Positions 20,085-29,744 are shown, numbered from the stretch's first letter. The stretch is 64,000 nt of DNA from Aquificales bacterium (GCA_027036735.1 JALWDU010000056.1:38816-102815); one strand, 5' to 3'. Notes: generated from the letters alone by a model not told the origin. Program-made: numbers and translations.

Positions 20085-21371
20085 TTAGAGCCTCCAGTAT
20101 AGGAATTCTTTTTCGAACTCCGTCTTTGGGTATATACCCTTTATATCGACCAATACAGGGTTATCTTTGGTTAATTCCTTGAAGTGTTCCACTTTCAAAT
20201 CCAGAAACTCTTTGTGTTTAACGGCAATTACTATTCCATCATAGGGTTCGTTTTCTTTTTTGTCCTCCACAAGTTCTATTCCGTAATATTTCTTAACCTC
20301 CTCGGGGTTGGCTATTGGGTCGTATACCGACACTTGGATTCCGTATTCTTCTAATTCCTTAACGAGGTCCACAACCTTTGAATTCCTAACATCGGGAACG
20401 TTTTCTTTAAAGGTTATTCCCATTACGAGGACTTTGGAGTTCTGAACAACCTTTCCGGCTTTTATTAGAAGTTTTACCACCTTTTGGGCTACAAATTGGG
20501 GGGTGTAGTCGTTTATACGCCTGCCGGCGAGGATTAGTTCGGGATGGAAGCCGATTTCTCTCGCCTTATACGCCAAGTAGTAGGGGTCTTCGGGTATGCA
20601 GTGTCCCCCTACCAAACCGGGTTCAAATTTTAGAAAGTTCCACTTTGTGCCGGCGGCTTCGAGGACATCGCGGGTATCTATACCGAGGCGGTCGAAGAGC
20701 ATAGCCAATTCGTTCATAAAGGCGATGTTTATGTCCCTCTGGGTGTTTTCTATAACCTTTGCCGCTTCGGCCACCTTTATGGAGGGCGCTATGTGGATTC
20801 CCGCCTTTACCACTTTGCTGTATAATTCGGCGAGTAGTTTTGCCGTTTTCGTGGTATCTCCGGAAACCACCTTAACGATATTCTCCAATGTATGTTTTTT
20901 ATCCCCAGGATTTATCCTTTCGGGGGAGTATCCTACGAAAAAGTCTTCCTTCCACTTTAAACCGCTTTCCTTTTCCAAGATGGGAACGCAAACCTCTTCG
21001 GTGCAACCTGGGAAAACGGTGGATTCGTAAACGACTACAGACCCCTTTTTCATATTTCTACCAACAATTTGGGAGGCACTTTTCAGAAATCTAAGGTCGG
21101 GATTTTTGTATTTATCGGTCGGGGTGGGGACTGTAACAATAAAAATATCCGCCCTTTGGAGTTCTTTTTCATCGGAGGTATAAACTATATTTGGGTTAAG
21201 GATATCCTCTTTTGCCACCTCTCCGGTTCGGTCTATACCTTTTTTGAGTTCCTCTACACGGGTGGGATTTATATCAAAACCTATAACGGGGAAATGTTTC
21301 GCAAAAGCTACCGCTACGGGAAGTCCTACATATCCCAAACCTATAACGGCAATAGTCGATTTTTTCTCCAT
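20085..21371 (-). CDS. UDP-N-acetyl-hexosamine 6-dehydrogenase (TviB/WbpO/CapL type nucleotide-sugar dehydrogenase)
   Basis: 428 aa. Rossmann IAVIGLGYVGLP and catalytic Cys in LVGGHCIPEDPYY. Confidence 0.88.
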   Translation of the reverse strand: MEKKSTIAVIGLGYVGLPVAVAFAKHFPVIGFDINPTRVEELKKGIDRTGEVAKEDILNPNIVYTSDEKELQRADIFIVTVPTPTDKYKNPDLRFLKSASQIVGRNMKKGSVVVYESTVFPGCTEEVCVPILEKESGLKWKEDFFVGYSPERINPGDKKHTLENIVKVVSGDTTKTAKLLAELYSKVVKAGIHIAPSIKVAEAAKVIENTQRDINIAFMNELAMLFDRLGIDTRDVLEAAGTKWNFLKFEPGLVGGHCIPEDPYYLAYKAREIGFHPELILAGRRINDYTPQFVAQKVVKLLIKAGKVVQNSKVLVMGITFKENVPDVRNSKVVDLVKELEEYGIQVSVYDPIANPEEVKKYYGIELVEDKKENEPYDGIVIAVKHKEFLDLKVEHFKELTKDNPVLVDIKGIYPKTEFEKEFLYWRL

Positions 21372-21465
21372 TTGGAGAAATCAATTTTAGAAAACTTCTA
21401 TAGATATTAAGAAATTCATTGGTTTTTTTTCTTAAAAGAGGTATATGAAAGAAAAAACTATACTT

Positions 21466-22041
21466 TTAAACGCTTAGGAATTCATCAATCTTAAATAAAG
21501 AGTAAAGTTTTAATCCTTCCCTTTCGAGATTTTCCCTTCCACCTTCGTTTCGGTCGACGATACAGCAGACGGCGACGACTTCCAAGCCGTATTCCTTGCA
21601 AGCCTTTACAGCCTTTAGAGAGGAGGAGGCGGTGGTTACGACATCTTCGACAACAATTACCCTCTCACCCGGTTCGACGTTACCCTCTATTTGACGTTTT
21701 GTGCCGTGACCTTTGGGTTCCTTTCTAACCACGAAGGGTTTTATTGGGTCTCCCTTTTGATAGGAGATGAGGGCGGTGGCGTAGGCTATCGGGTCGGCTC
21801 CGAGGGTTAGCCCCCCTACCGCGCTAACCCCGAAGGGCTTAACCATTTCGTACATGAGGTTTCCTATTAGGTATCCCCCTTCGGGGTCGAGGGTTACCCT
21901 TTTGAGGTCGAGGTAATACCTCGATAGCTTTCCCGAAGAGAGCTTGAATATCGGTTCATCGGCTATTTTTAAGCTTCTCTCCTTTATGAGTTCGAAAAGC
22001 CTTTGCTTCAAATCCATAGGGTGGTTTATGTTATTCGACAA
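21466..22041 (-). CDS. pyrE: Orotate phosphoribosyltransferase
   Basis: 191 aa. PRPP-binding motif [13 protein letters not shown] and OPRTase-length architecture. Confidence 0.88.
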   Translation of the reverse strand: MSNNINHPMDLKQRLFELIKERSLKIADEPIFKLSSGKLSRYYLDLKRVTLDPEGGYLIGNLMYEMVKPFGVSAVGGLTLGADPIAYATALISYQKGDPIKPFVVRKEPKGHGTKRQIEGNVEPGERVIVVEDVVTTASSSLKAVKACKEYGLEVVAVCCIVDRNEGGRENLEREGLKLYSLFKIDEFLSV

Positions 22042-22106
22042 ACCCTCAAAGGGTTGCCAATAGGTTTTTATCCATCAGAAGTATTGGATTTGTAAATTTA
22101 TCCCCG

Positions 22107-22892
22107 ATGAGGGATTGCCCCTATATCGTCGAGCAAATAGTCCGTCCAACGGGTATTCCCGACCCCGAGGTGGAGGTTAGACCAACCGAAAATCAGTTGG
22201 AGGACTTGATAAAGGAAATAAAAGCCCGCGCTCCGCGCGGGGAAAGGTCTCTGGTTTTAACGACCACTAAGAGACTTGCCGAAGAGGTTGCCGACTATCT
22301 GTCGGAGAGGGGTATAAGGGCGAAATATCTACACTCCGATTTGAACGCAATAGAGAGGGCAAAGGTTATAAAGGAACTCCGAGAGGGAAAGATAGATGCG
22401 ATAGTGGGGGTAAACCTTTTGAGGGAGGGGTTAGACCTCCCGGAGGTTTCGTTGGTCGCCATTTTGGAGGCGGACAAGGAGGGGTTTTTAAGGAGTTACC
22501 GAAGCCTTATACAGATAATCGGAAGGGCGGCTCGCCACGTAAACGGCAAGGCTATCCTTTACGCCGACCGCATCACCCCTTCGATGAAAAAGGCTATTGA
22601 GGAAACCGAGAGGAGGAGAAAAATCCAACTCGAGTACAACAAAAGGCACGGAATAACTCCAAAACCTATAAAGAAAAAGGTTGTTAGTCTCCTTTCGGTG
22701 GAGGGTTTGGATTTGGAGCGGAAACTTCCGGGGGTAGATATTGAAAAATTCCGCTCCGAGGAGGAGGTTTTAAAGGAAATTTCGAAACTGGAAAAGGAGA
22801 TGTGGGAAGCCGCCAACAATTGGGAGTTTGAAAAGGCGGCGAAACTCCGCGATAGGATAAACGAGTTAAAAAAACTGGTAGGTTTGGTTTAG
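22107..22892 (+). CDS. uvrB: UvrB C-terminal fragment only (helicase domain 3 + UVR domain); truncated/split uvrB
   Basis: 261 aa. [75 protein letters not shown] and the UVR motif [17 protein letters not shown] align to about residues 410-670 of full-length UvrB. No N-terminal two-thirds is present, and pyrE lies 65 nt upstream on the other strand. There is no clear SD. Confidence 0.85.
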   Translation: MRDCPYIVEQIVRPTGIPDPEVEVRPTENQLEDLIKEIKARAPRGERSLVLTTTKRLAEEVADYLSERGIRAKYLHSDLNAIERAKVIKELREGKIDAIVGVNLLREGLDLPEVSLVAILEADKEGFLRSYRSLIQIIGRAARHVNGKAILYADRITPSMKKAIEETERRRKIQLEYNKRHGITPKPIKKKVVSLLSVEGLDLERKLPGVDIEKFRSEEEVLKEISKLEKEMWEAANNWEFEKAAKLRDRINELKKLVGLV

Positions 22893-23101
22893 GCTTCCAA
22901 TTCCATTTCCTTTGGCAGTTCCAAAACTATGGTGTAGGCGACCAGAAAGCCGTCGAACCCGTGCTCTTTCGTGTAGTTTACCTTTATGTCCTTTATGGTC
23001 GCCCCGCTATCCTGAAATGTGTCGAGCAACTCGTTAAGCCTCATGGTTATTTCGGTGGAATTGCCTTCCAAAACCACAAATTCCGCCTTTATCCTCCCCA
23101 T
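22889..23101 (-). CDS. Hypothetical small protein (70 aa)
   Basis: ORF only. Its beta-alpha-beta-beta-like pattern is weakly reminiscent of dodecin. Not supported further. Confidence 0.35.
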   Translation of the reverse strand: MGRIKAEFVVLEGNSTEITMRLNELLDTFQDSGATIKDIKVNYTKEHGFDGFLVAYTIVLELPKEMELEA

Positions 23102-23139
23102 AAAGGGGTAATATAGGGCTGTCAGATTTCAAGCATGGT

Positions 23140-23397
23140 TTGGGGATTATTTTCCCTCTTATGGGAAAGGTTCTGTTTAAAGACCAACTGGGGGAGGAAT
23201 TGGTTTTAGACCTATCGGAGGTGGTTGCGGCAAAATTAAACCGCAACCTAAGGAGCATTACCTTCTACTTTAAGGGGACGCCGAAGGATTCCTCCTTTAC
23301 CGTAGTGTTCCCATCGTTGGAGGAGGCGGAAAACTTTTGGAACACCGAAGTGGTTTCGAATGTAATCGTCCACTTTGAGGTGGAGAGCGCCGAGTGA
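23140..23397 (+). CDS. Hypothetical small protein (85 aa; start may be the internal MGKVLF)
   Basis: ORF only; no motif recognised. Confidence 0.3.
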   Translation: MGIIFPLMGKVLFKDQLGEELVLDLSEVVAAKLNRNLRSITFYFKGTPKDSSFTVVFPSLEEAENFWNTEVVSNVIVHFEVESAE

Positions 23398-23451
23398 AAG
23401 ACCCTTTATGGGGTTGATAATTTCCTACCTTCGGGTGGAATTGAAAACTTT

Positions 23452-24996
23452 ATGACCCTTCGGTGGATTTTATTGCTCTTCCTTTTCCTCCTATCGGCGG
23501 CAAATTTGGGACTTAACGACATATGGCAACCGAACGAGGCTTTTTACGCCGAGACCGCCCGCGAAATGCTCGAAAGCGGCAACCCGCTCGAGCTCACCTA
23601 CAACTACGAACCGCGTCTCGAAAAGCCGCCAATGACCTACTGGCTCACCGCCTTGTCGTATAGCCTCTTCGGTATAGGCGAGTGGCAAACCCGATTGGTG
23701 CCGCTTCTATCGACCTTCGGAACAGCCATTTTGCTACTCCTCTACGGGCGGTTTTTAAAAAATTGGCGTTTCGGACTTACCGCCGCCCTCGTGTTTCTCT
23801 CCGCCCTGCAGGTCTTTGCGCTGGCGCGCTACGACGCCCCCGAAATGCCGCTTTTGTTTTTCCTAACGGGGTCTTTTATTACTCTGCATCTCTACCTCGA
23901 GGGGAGGGGTAAACTCTTTCTCCCCCTTTCGGGGTTGTTTTTGTTGTTCGCACTCCTCACAAAGGGTATTCCGTTTTTAGCCCTCTACCTCGGAACGGCG
24001 GGTTTTTACCTCCTCCTAAAGTGGGTTTTAAAGGAGATAGACCTCAAAGGGGGGATAAAGACCCTCCTAAAGGTAACCTTTTGGGGAATTCTGGCTTCCC
24101 TGCCGATTTTGGGGTGGTATCTTTACGCCTACAACCACTACGGGGAACTGTTTATAAAGGTTTTCCAATCGGAGGTAATACACAGGGCTTTTAACCCCTA
24201 CAAGGGGTGGAATTGGAGCTTTTACCTCGTGGTGATACTTTGGGCGTTTTTACCCCTCTCGCTCCACTTCTACTATTCCCTTATAGGTCTGCTGTTCCGC
24301 CTAAAGGAATACAAAAACCTTCTCTTTCCCTTTGCGTGGTTCGGCGTAACGATTGCCGCCTTTACCGTAGCTAAAGGGAAGATACCGGTTTACATCCTCC
24401 CCGCCTTCCCCGCCATGGCGGTTTTGACCGCCCGCCTCGACGGGCTTAGGCACCCGTTTATAGCGGGTTTGAACTACCTTATTCTGCTCCTCCTATCGGT
24501 AGCTTTCCTTTTCTCCCTCCACTTTTTGGACGCCATTAATAATTTAGCCCTTTGGAGTTTCTTCCTTTTGGCGTTAGCCCTTTGGGTTTCTTTGAGCAGA
24601 TACGAGCTTATGAGGAATATCATCGCTGTAATACCTATCTTATACCTCTTCGTTTTCGCCGTTTTACCCTTCGTCGAGCATTACCGCCCCTACAAGGAGG
24701 TTATTACCGAACTAAAAAGCCGCTTCGCGGATAAAAAATTCCTCTGTTTGGGATTCTTTTACAAAGACTTTCCCTTCTACTGGAGGGGAAAGGTTTACGT
24801 GCTCCGTTCGGAGGAGGGGTTAAGGCGTTTCAACCCCAAAGAGGTTTTGCTCTTTTCTCCCAAACCCTTGAAGGGGTGGAAGGTTGTCAAACGGGTGGAG
24901 CTCTATACCGGTTCGGAGTCCCGCTTTCTGGTCTTTTTAAAGGATATAAAGAGACACAAAAGGTTTAAGGAGTTTTATTTCCTCGTCAAGGATTGA
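23452..24996 (+). CDS. ArnT/PMT_2-like (GT39/GT83) polyprenyl-phosphate-sugar dependent glycosyltransferase
   Basis: 514 aa with about 12 TM helices. The first periplasmic loop NEAFYAETAREMLESGNPL...EKPPMTYW is typical of the family. Confidence 0.8.
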   Translation: MTLRWILLLFLFLLSAANLGLNDIWQPNEAFYAETAREMLESGNPLELTYNYEPRLEKPPMTYWLTALSYSLFGIGEWQTRLVPLLSTFGTAILLLLYGRFLKNWRFGLTAALVFLSALQVFALARYDAPEMPLLFFLTGSFITLHLYLEGRGKLFLPLSGLFLLFALLTKGIPFLALYLGTAGFYLLLKWVLKEIDLKGGIKTLLKVTFWGILASLPILGWYLYAYNHYGELFIKVFQSEVIHRAFNPYKGWNWSFYLVVILWAFLPLSLHFYYSLIGLLFRLKEYKNLLFPFAWFGVTIAAFTVAKGKIPVYILPAFPAMAVLTARLDGLRHPFIAGLNYLILLLLSVAFLFSLHFLDAINNLALWSFFLLALALWVSLSRYELMRNIIAVIPILYLFVFAVLPFVEHYRPYKEVITELKSRFADKKFLCLGFFYKDFPFYWRGKVYVLRSEEGLRRFNPKEVLLFSPKPLKGWKVVKRVELYTGSESRFLVFLKDIKRHKRFKEFYFLVKD

Positions 24997-26611
24997 AGTT
25001 TTGAAGTTCCCTTAGGAGGGAGATAAGTCTCTCCTTTGCCCCTCTTAGTTCCCTTAGATTTTGCTCCACCGTTTCGAGGCGGCTCTTTACGTAATTCCTC
25101 ATCGACAGGAGGGTCTCTTCGAGTCTCCGTTCCACCAATTGGTCTATCTCTCTTTTCAACCTCTCCCCTATCTGGGTTTGGAGGATATCCCTAAGCTCCT
25201 TTAGGAGTTTTCTCTTTTTCCTAACAATCCAACCGACGCCGAGCAAAACGCCAAGGGAAGCTATCACACCCCCGGTTATGTCGACCGCAAAGGAACCGCC
25301 GAGAAGCATCATCAGGGAGCCGGCGAGTAGACTCCCGCCCATTACGGCGACCGCTTCCTCCCCGCCGCCAACTTTGACCGAACCGAGGGAGCTTTCGAAG
25401 GCTCTTAGCACCTCCCTTTCCCCCGAAGGGGCTACCTTTTTACCCAATTTTCTCTGGTAGCGTTCGAATTCTCTAAGCCTTTCGGCGGCTTGGGCTACCA
25501 CCGGCTTCAGAACGCCCTCTTCAAATAACTCGAGGTTGGGGATTAGGGTATATTGGGTAAACCTGCGGAGTTCCTCCTCTATGTCCACCTTTAGACCCTT
25601 TAACGCCTCCTCCACCTTCGACTTGCGGAGGGTTAGGTCGAGCAGGGATATACCCTCGAGGCGGTTTGCCACCTTCTCGGTAAGGGACGCAATCCAATCG
25701 TCAACCGACCTAAGGAGACTCTCCTTATACCTCTTTGCCTCTTGGAGTTTTCTATCGAGTAGGTTTAAGACCTCCTCGAGGCGTTTTTTTAGCTCCTCCC
25801 CCTCCCTTTCGAGGTTTTCTATATCCTCCAAACACCTTTGGGTGAATTTGATAAGTTCGTTCCTCAGGTTGAGGAGCTTTACCTTTATCTGCCTCTCGCC
25901 GGTGTAGTTTTCCTCCAAAAACTTCCTAAGTTCGGAAAATCCGCTATTTTCTTCCCCCTTCAGTTCGAGGAGGGCGGAAACGGGGAACACCTTGGGGTCT
26001 TCTATTCCCCTCTCCCTCGCGTAGGTTTTTACTTTTTCAACTAACCTCTTTAGGGCTTCGGGTGAAACCAAATCCTTTTGTTGGAGTATAAAGACGAGCT
26101 TTTTACCGAAATCTTTCCCTATCCGGTCAACCCAATCCCATATAGGCTTGGTGTGGGGGTTGGGGGCGGGGAGAACCACCAAAATGACGTCGCTCTTTGG
26201 AAGAAATTGCTCCGTTATATAGGTGTGGTGCTCGAGAACGGAGTTTATCCCCGGTGTGTCGACAACGGTAAACCCCTTTAGGAGGGGATTGTTTACGCAA
26301 ACCTCCTCGGTGAGTTCGTCTATCTTTTTCCTTTCGGGGGTTTTGCAGTATCTAATCACTGTTATTCGGTCGGTGCATATGTCGACGTCCGTTCGGCAGA
26401 GGTCGGGAATACCCAAAAGGGCGTTTAAAAAGGAACTCTTTCCCGCATTTACCTCCCCGAAAACGGTAATGAGAAAGGGACTTTCCAACCTTTGGAGGAA
26501 CTTTTCCAACTCCTCCACCTTTCGGGAAAAACCGAATTTGGAGCAGACCTCTTTGAGGGTTTCTATTGCCGACTTTAGGGTATCCAAATTACTCCCGGAG
26601 GGCTTTAACAT
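24986..26611 (-). CDS. Bacterial dynamin-like GTPase with membrane hairpin
   Basis: 541 aa. G1 GEVNAGKSSFLNALLG, G3 DTPGINS, G4-like LQQKD. A long helical stalk is followed by a Gly-rich hydrophobic hairpin (AVAVMGGSLLAGSLMMLLGG...GVIASLGVLLGVGWIVRKKRK). Confidence 0.75.
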   Translation of the reverse strand: MLKPSGSNLDTLKSAIETLKEVCSKFGFSRKVEELEKFLQRLESPFLITVFGEVNAGKSSFLNALLGIPDLCRTDVDICTDRITVIRYCKTPERKKIDELTEEVCVNNPLLKGFTVVDTPGINSVLEHHTYITEQFLPKSDVILVVLPAPNPHTKPIWDWVDRIGKDFGKKLVFILQQKDLVSPEALKRLVEKVKTYARERGIEDPKVFPVSALLELKGEENSGFSELRKFLEENYTGERQIKVKLLNLRNELIKFTQRCLEDIENLEREGEELKKRLEEVLNLLDRKLQEAKRYKESLLRSVDDWIASLTEKVANRLEGISLLDLTLRKSKVEEALKGLKVDIEEELRRFTQYTLIPNLELFEEGVLKPVVAQAAERLREFERYQRKLGKKVAPSGEREVLRAFESSLGSVKVGGGEEAVAVMGGSLLAGSLMMLLGGSFAVDITGGVIASLGVLLGVGWIVRKKRKLLKELRDILQTQIGERLKREIDQLVERRLEETLLSMRNYVKSRLETVEQNLRELRGAKERLISLLRELQNFNP

Positions 26612-26641
26612 TCAATAGAGAAATGATAAGGGGGAAAGGGA

Positions 26642-27307
26642 TTAAGTCTCCAGAATTCCGAGCAAACGCAACTCCCTGCGGGTCTTCTCTATAGCCCTCT
26701 TCATACTCTCGGCGGCTTTGAAGGTGTCCTTAAACCCCAAAATGGCGGATATAACTGCTACCCCGTCGGCGCCCGCCTTTATTACCTCGTCCACATTGTA
26801 GGGCATTATTCCTCCTATAGCCACAAGGGGTTTTTTTGCTATTTTCTTAGCCTCTTTGAGTTGTTCCACCCCTACCACTATAGGTTTTTCTTTTGTCGGT
26901 GTCCTGTAAATGGAGCCGAATGCGATGTAGTCCACCGGTAGGTCGTTTGCCCTTTCGACCTCCTCCAAAGAGTGGGTGGAGATACCTATTATCTTGTCCT
27001 CTCCGAGGATTCTCCTAACCACCTCGGGGGGGAGGTCGTCCTGACCTATGTGAACCCCGTCGGCATCCACCGCCAGGGCGAGGTCAACCCTATCGTTCAC
27101 TATAAGGGGGACGTTGTATTTTTTGGTGAGTTCCCTTAGTTGGAGAAGTTCCTCATACATCTCCTTGGTGGTTTTTGTTCCACTTTTAGACCGGTATTGG
27201 ACTACGGTAACCCCACCCCTTAGGGCGTCCTCTATAGCCTTTAGCCAATCCCTATCGGCGAGATAGCCGTCGTCGGTTATCAGGTAGAGCGTGTAATCGA
27301 CTTGCAT
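26642..27307 (-). CDS. thiE: Thiamine-phosphate synthase
   Basis: 221 aa. YLITD start, VQYRSK, HIGQDD and IAIGGI motifs of ThiE. Confidence 0.9.
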   Translation of the reverse strand: MQVDYTLYLITDDGYLADRDWLKAIEDALRGGVTVVQYRSKSGTKTTKEMYEELLQLRELTKKYNVPLIVNDRVDLALAVDADGVHIGQDDLPPEVVRRILGEDKIIGISTHSLEEVERANDLPVDYIAFGSIYRTPTKEKPIVVGVEQLKEAKKIAKKPLVAIGGIMPYNVDEVIKAGADGVAVISAILGFKDTFKAAESMKRAIEKTRRELRLLGILET

Positions 27308-27458
27308 AACTCTAAGGGTTAGCAGAAGCCCGAAATTAGGTCAACGACCTTTGGTAGGGTTAAGGATTCTTTCCAATCTCTATTCCGAGAAAGGGCTTTG
27401 GGTGGAGAGAATTAAATTTCTTAATTTGAAGATGGCAGAGGAAAGGAGAGATTATCCG

Positions 27459-29744
27459 ATGGAAGAGATTAAAAAAATCGAACTTGAGGCAACCCTTCCC
27501 GGACATCCCGAACCGATAAAGATATCCACCGGGCACGTGGCAAGGCTCGCCGACGGAGCGGTGATAGTCCAGCAGGGCGAAACGCAGGTTCTCGTCACCG
27601 CGGTAATGGACGAGAAACCTATGGAGGATATAGACTTTACCCCCCTCGCGGTGGAGTATAGGGAGCAGACCGCCGCCTTCGGTAGGATTCCCGGCGGTTT
27701 CTCCAAAAGGGAAGGCAAACCGCTCGACCGCGAGGTTTTGGTCGCAAGGGTTATAGACCGTCCGATAAGACCCCTCTTCCCGAAGGGCTACTATTACGAC
27801 ACGATAATAACCGCATTGCTCCTGTCGGCGGACGACAAATACGACCCCGACGTGCTGGCGATAACCGGGGCGTCGGCGGCTCTCCACATATCGAGGATAC
27901 CCTTCGAAGGTCCCATAGCCGGCGTTAGGGTCTGCCGCATAGACGGCGAGTTTGTGGTAAACCCCACCTACGAGGAGCGGAAAAAAGCCGACCTCGACAT
28001 AGTGCTCGCCGGTAGCAAGGACGCGATTGTAATGGTCGAGGGTGGGGCTAAAGAGATTCCCGAAGAGGTCTTGAACGAGGCGCTTTACTTCGGTCATCAG
28101 GCGCTCCAACCCCTCATAAAACTGCAAGAGGACTTGAGGAAGATAGCGGGAGTCCCGAAATTCGACTACGAGAAGATAGACCTACCGGAGGAGTGGAAGG
28201 AGAAGATTCGCCAATTTGCGGCGGACAAGATTTATCAAGCTCTCTTTATCAGGGACAAGCGTCAGCGTAAAGAGGCTCTCGACCGCATTTTGGAAGAGAC
28301 CATAGAGGCGCTACAAATACCCGAAGAGCTCCTCTTCAGGGCTAAGGTCTACTACAAGGAATTGGAAAGCGAGATAATGAGGAAACACCTATTCGACACC
28401 GGTATACGTATAGACGGTAGGAGACCGGACGAAATTAGACCCATCACCATAGACCTGCATCCGTTCCCCAGACCGCACGGAAGCGCGATTTTTAGAAGGG
28501 GGCAAACCCAAGCGGCGGTTAGCGTTACCCTCGGCTCGCCCGAAGAGGCTCAGCTCGAGGAGAGCATCTACGAAGGGGAGTGGTATAGGAGATTTATGCT
28601 TCACTACTTCATGCCGCCCTTCTCTACCGGCGAGGCTAAACCTTGGGGTCCCCCCAGGAGGAGGGAGATAGGTCACGGTTATCTCGCCCAGAGGGCGCTC
28701 GAGCCGGTTATCCCCGATGAGGAAACCTTCCCTTACACCATTAGGGTGGTCTCCAATATTTTGGAGTCCAACGGTTCGACTTCAATGGCGACCGTTTGCG
28801 GGGCGTCGCTGGCACTCTTCGACGCGGGCGTGCCTGTAAAGGACAACAAGCACGTTGCCGGTATCGCGATGGGTCTCGTTATGGACGAGGAGACGGGCAA
28901 ATACATAATCCTCACCGATATACTCGGCGACGAAGACCACCTGGGCGATATGGACTTCAAGGTCGCCGGAACGCGCGACGGTATTACCTCCGTCCAAATG
29001 GATATAAAGGTCAAAGGAATAACCAAGGAGATAATGGCGGAAGCCCTAGAGAGGGCTAAGAAAGCGAGAAACTACATCCTCGACCTGATGTATAAGGCTA
29101 TACCCGAACCTAAGAAGAAGCTCTCCCCCTACGCGCCCAGGCTCGAAATCGTCGAAATTCCAGAGGAGAAGGGAACCCTTATCATCGGTCCCGGCGGAAA
29201 GACTGTTAGGGAAATTCAGGAAAAAACCGGCACCACCGTGTGGGTGCTCGACGGCGGTAAGGTCTCCATAAGCGCGCCCAACGAACAAGCCCTCGAAAAG
29301 GCTAAACAGATGATACAGGAAATCACCAAGGACGTCCAAGTCGGGGATATTTACGTGGGTAAGGTCACCAGGGTTGAACCCTACGGCGCCTTTGTGGAGA
29401 TACTACCCGGCAAGGTCGGACTGCTCCACGTCTCCAAAATACCCGGTTATGTGAGGGACGCCAGAGACCTCTACAAGGTTGGGGACATTATCAAGGTAAA
29501 GGTTGCCGAGCTCGACGACCTCGGAAGACCGAAGTTCACCACCCGCGGGGTTCACGCCGGCGAGCAGAAGATAGAAAACCTCCACATCACCGAGTGGGGA
29601 GAGGAATACCTCAAACAACTCAAAGAGGGTAGGACTTACGAACAACTCCGCGAAAAGGAGAGAAAAGAGAGGGAACAACAGAGGGAAAACAAACAAAACG
29701 AACCCACCAAGGGTGATGAGCTATCCTCCGACGAGATAACCTAA
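27459..29744 (+). CDS. pnp: Polyribonucleotide nucleotidyltransferase (PNPase)
   Basis: Two RNase PH domains, a KH domain and an S1 domain (VGDIYVGKVTRVEPYGAFVEI). I chose the start at ATG 27459, which follows an AAGGAGAG SD. The frame is open from 27351, with another ATG at 27432. There is a charged tail of about 65 aa after S1. Confidence 0.93.
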   Translation: MEEIKKIELEATLPGHPEPIKISTGHVARLADGAVIVQQGETQVLVTAVMDEKPMEDIDFTPLAVEYREQTAAFGRIPGGFSKREGKPLDREVLVARVIDRPIRPLFPKGYYYDTIITALLLSADDKYDPDVLAITGASAALHISRIPFEGPIAGVRVCRIDGEFVVNPTYEERKKADLDIVLAGSKDAIVMVEGGAKEIPEEVLNEALYFGHQALQPLIKLQEDLRKIAGVPKFDYEKIDLPEEWKEKIRQFAADKIYQALFIRDKRQRKEALDRILEETIEALQIPEELLFRAKVYYKELESEIMRKHLFDTGIRIDGRRPDEIRPITIDLHPFPRPHGSAIFRRGQTQAAVSVTLGSPEEAQLEESIYEGEWYRRFMLHYFMPPFSTGEAKPWGPPRRREIGHGYLAQRALEPVIPDEETFPYTIRVVSNILESNGSTSMATVCGASLALFDAGVPVKDNKHVAGIAMGLVMDEETGKYIILTDILGDEDHLGDMDFKVAGTRDGITSVQMDIKVKGITKEIMAEALERAKKARNYILDLMYKAIPEPKKKLSPYAPRLEIVEIPEEKGTLIIGPGGKTVREIQEKTGTTVWVLDGGKVSISAPNEQALEKAKQMIQEITKDVQVGDIYVGKVTRVEPYGAFVEILPGKVGLLHVSKIPGYVRDARDLYKVGDIIKVKVAELDDLGRPKFTTRGVHAGEQKIENLHITEWGEEYLKQLKEGRTYEQLREKERKEREQQRENKQNEPTKGDELSSDEIT

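Noticed and set aside
22042-22130. Split-intein explanation for the truncated uvrB (the ORF begins MRDC...)
   Set aside because: A C-terminal split-intein fragment would need about 35 residues ending in HN before the Cys. Only three residues precede it. The upstream in-frame sequence (antisense to pyrE) shows no intein blocks.
22889-23101. Calling the 70-aa protein a dodecin (flavin-binding)
   Set aside because: There is only a loose resemblance in length and beta-alpha-beta-beta pattern to dodecins. The key conserved residues could not be aligned confidently by eye. I left it as hypothetical.
27308-27458. TPP riboswitch upstream of thiE or a leader structure for pnp
   Set aside because: The thiE-pnp divergent spacer is short. 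It lacks the conserved CUGAGA...ACCUGAUCUGGAUAAUGCCAGCG-type TPP aptamer elements.
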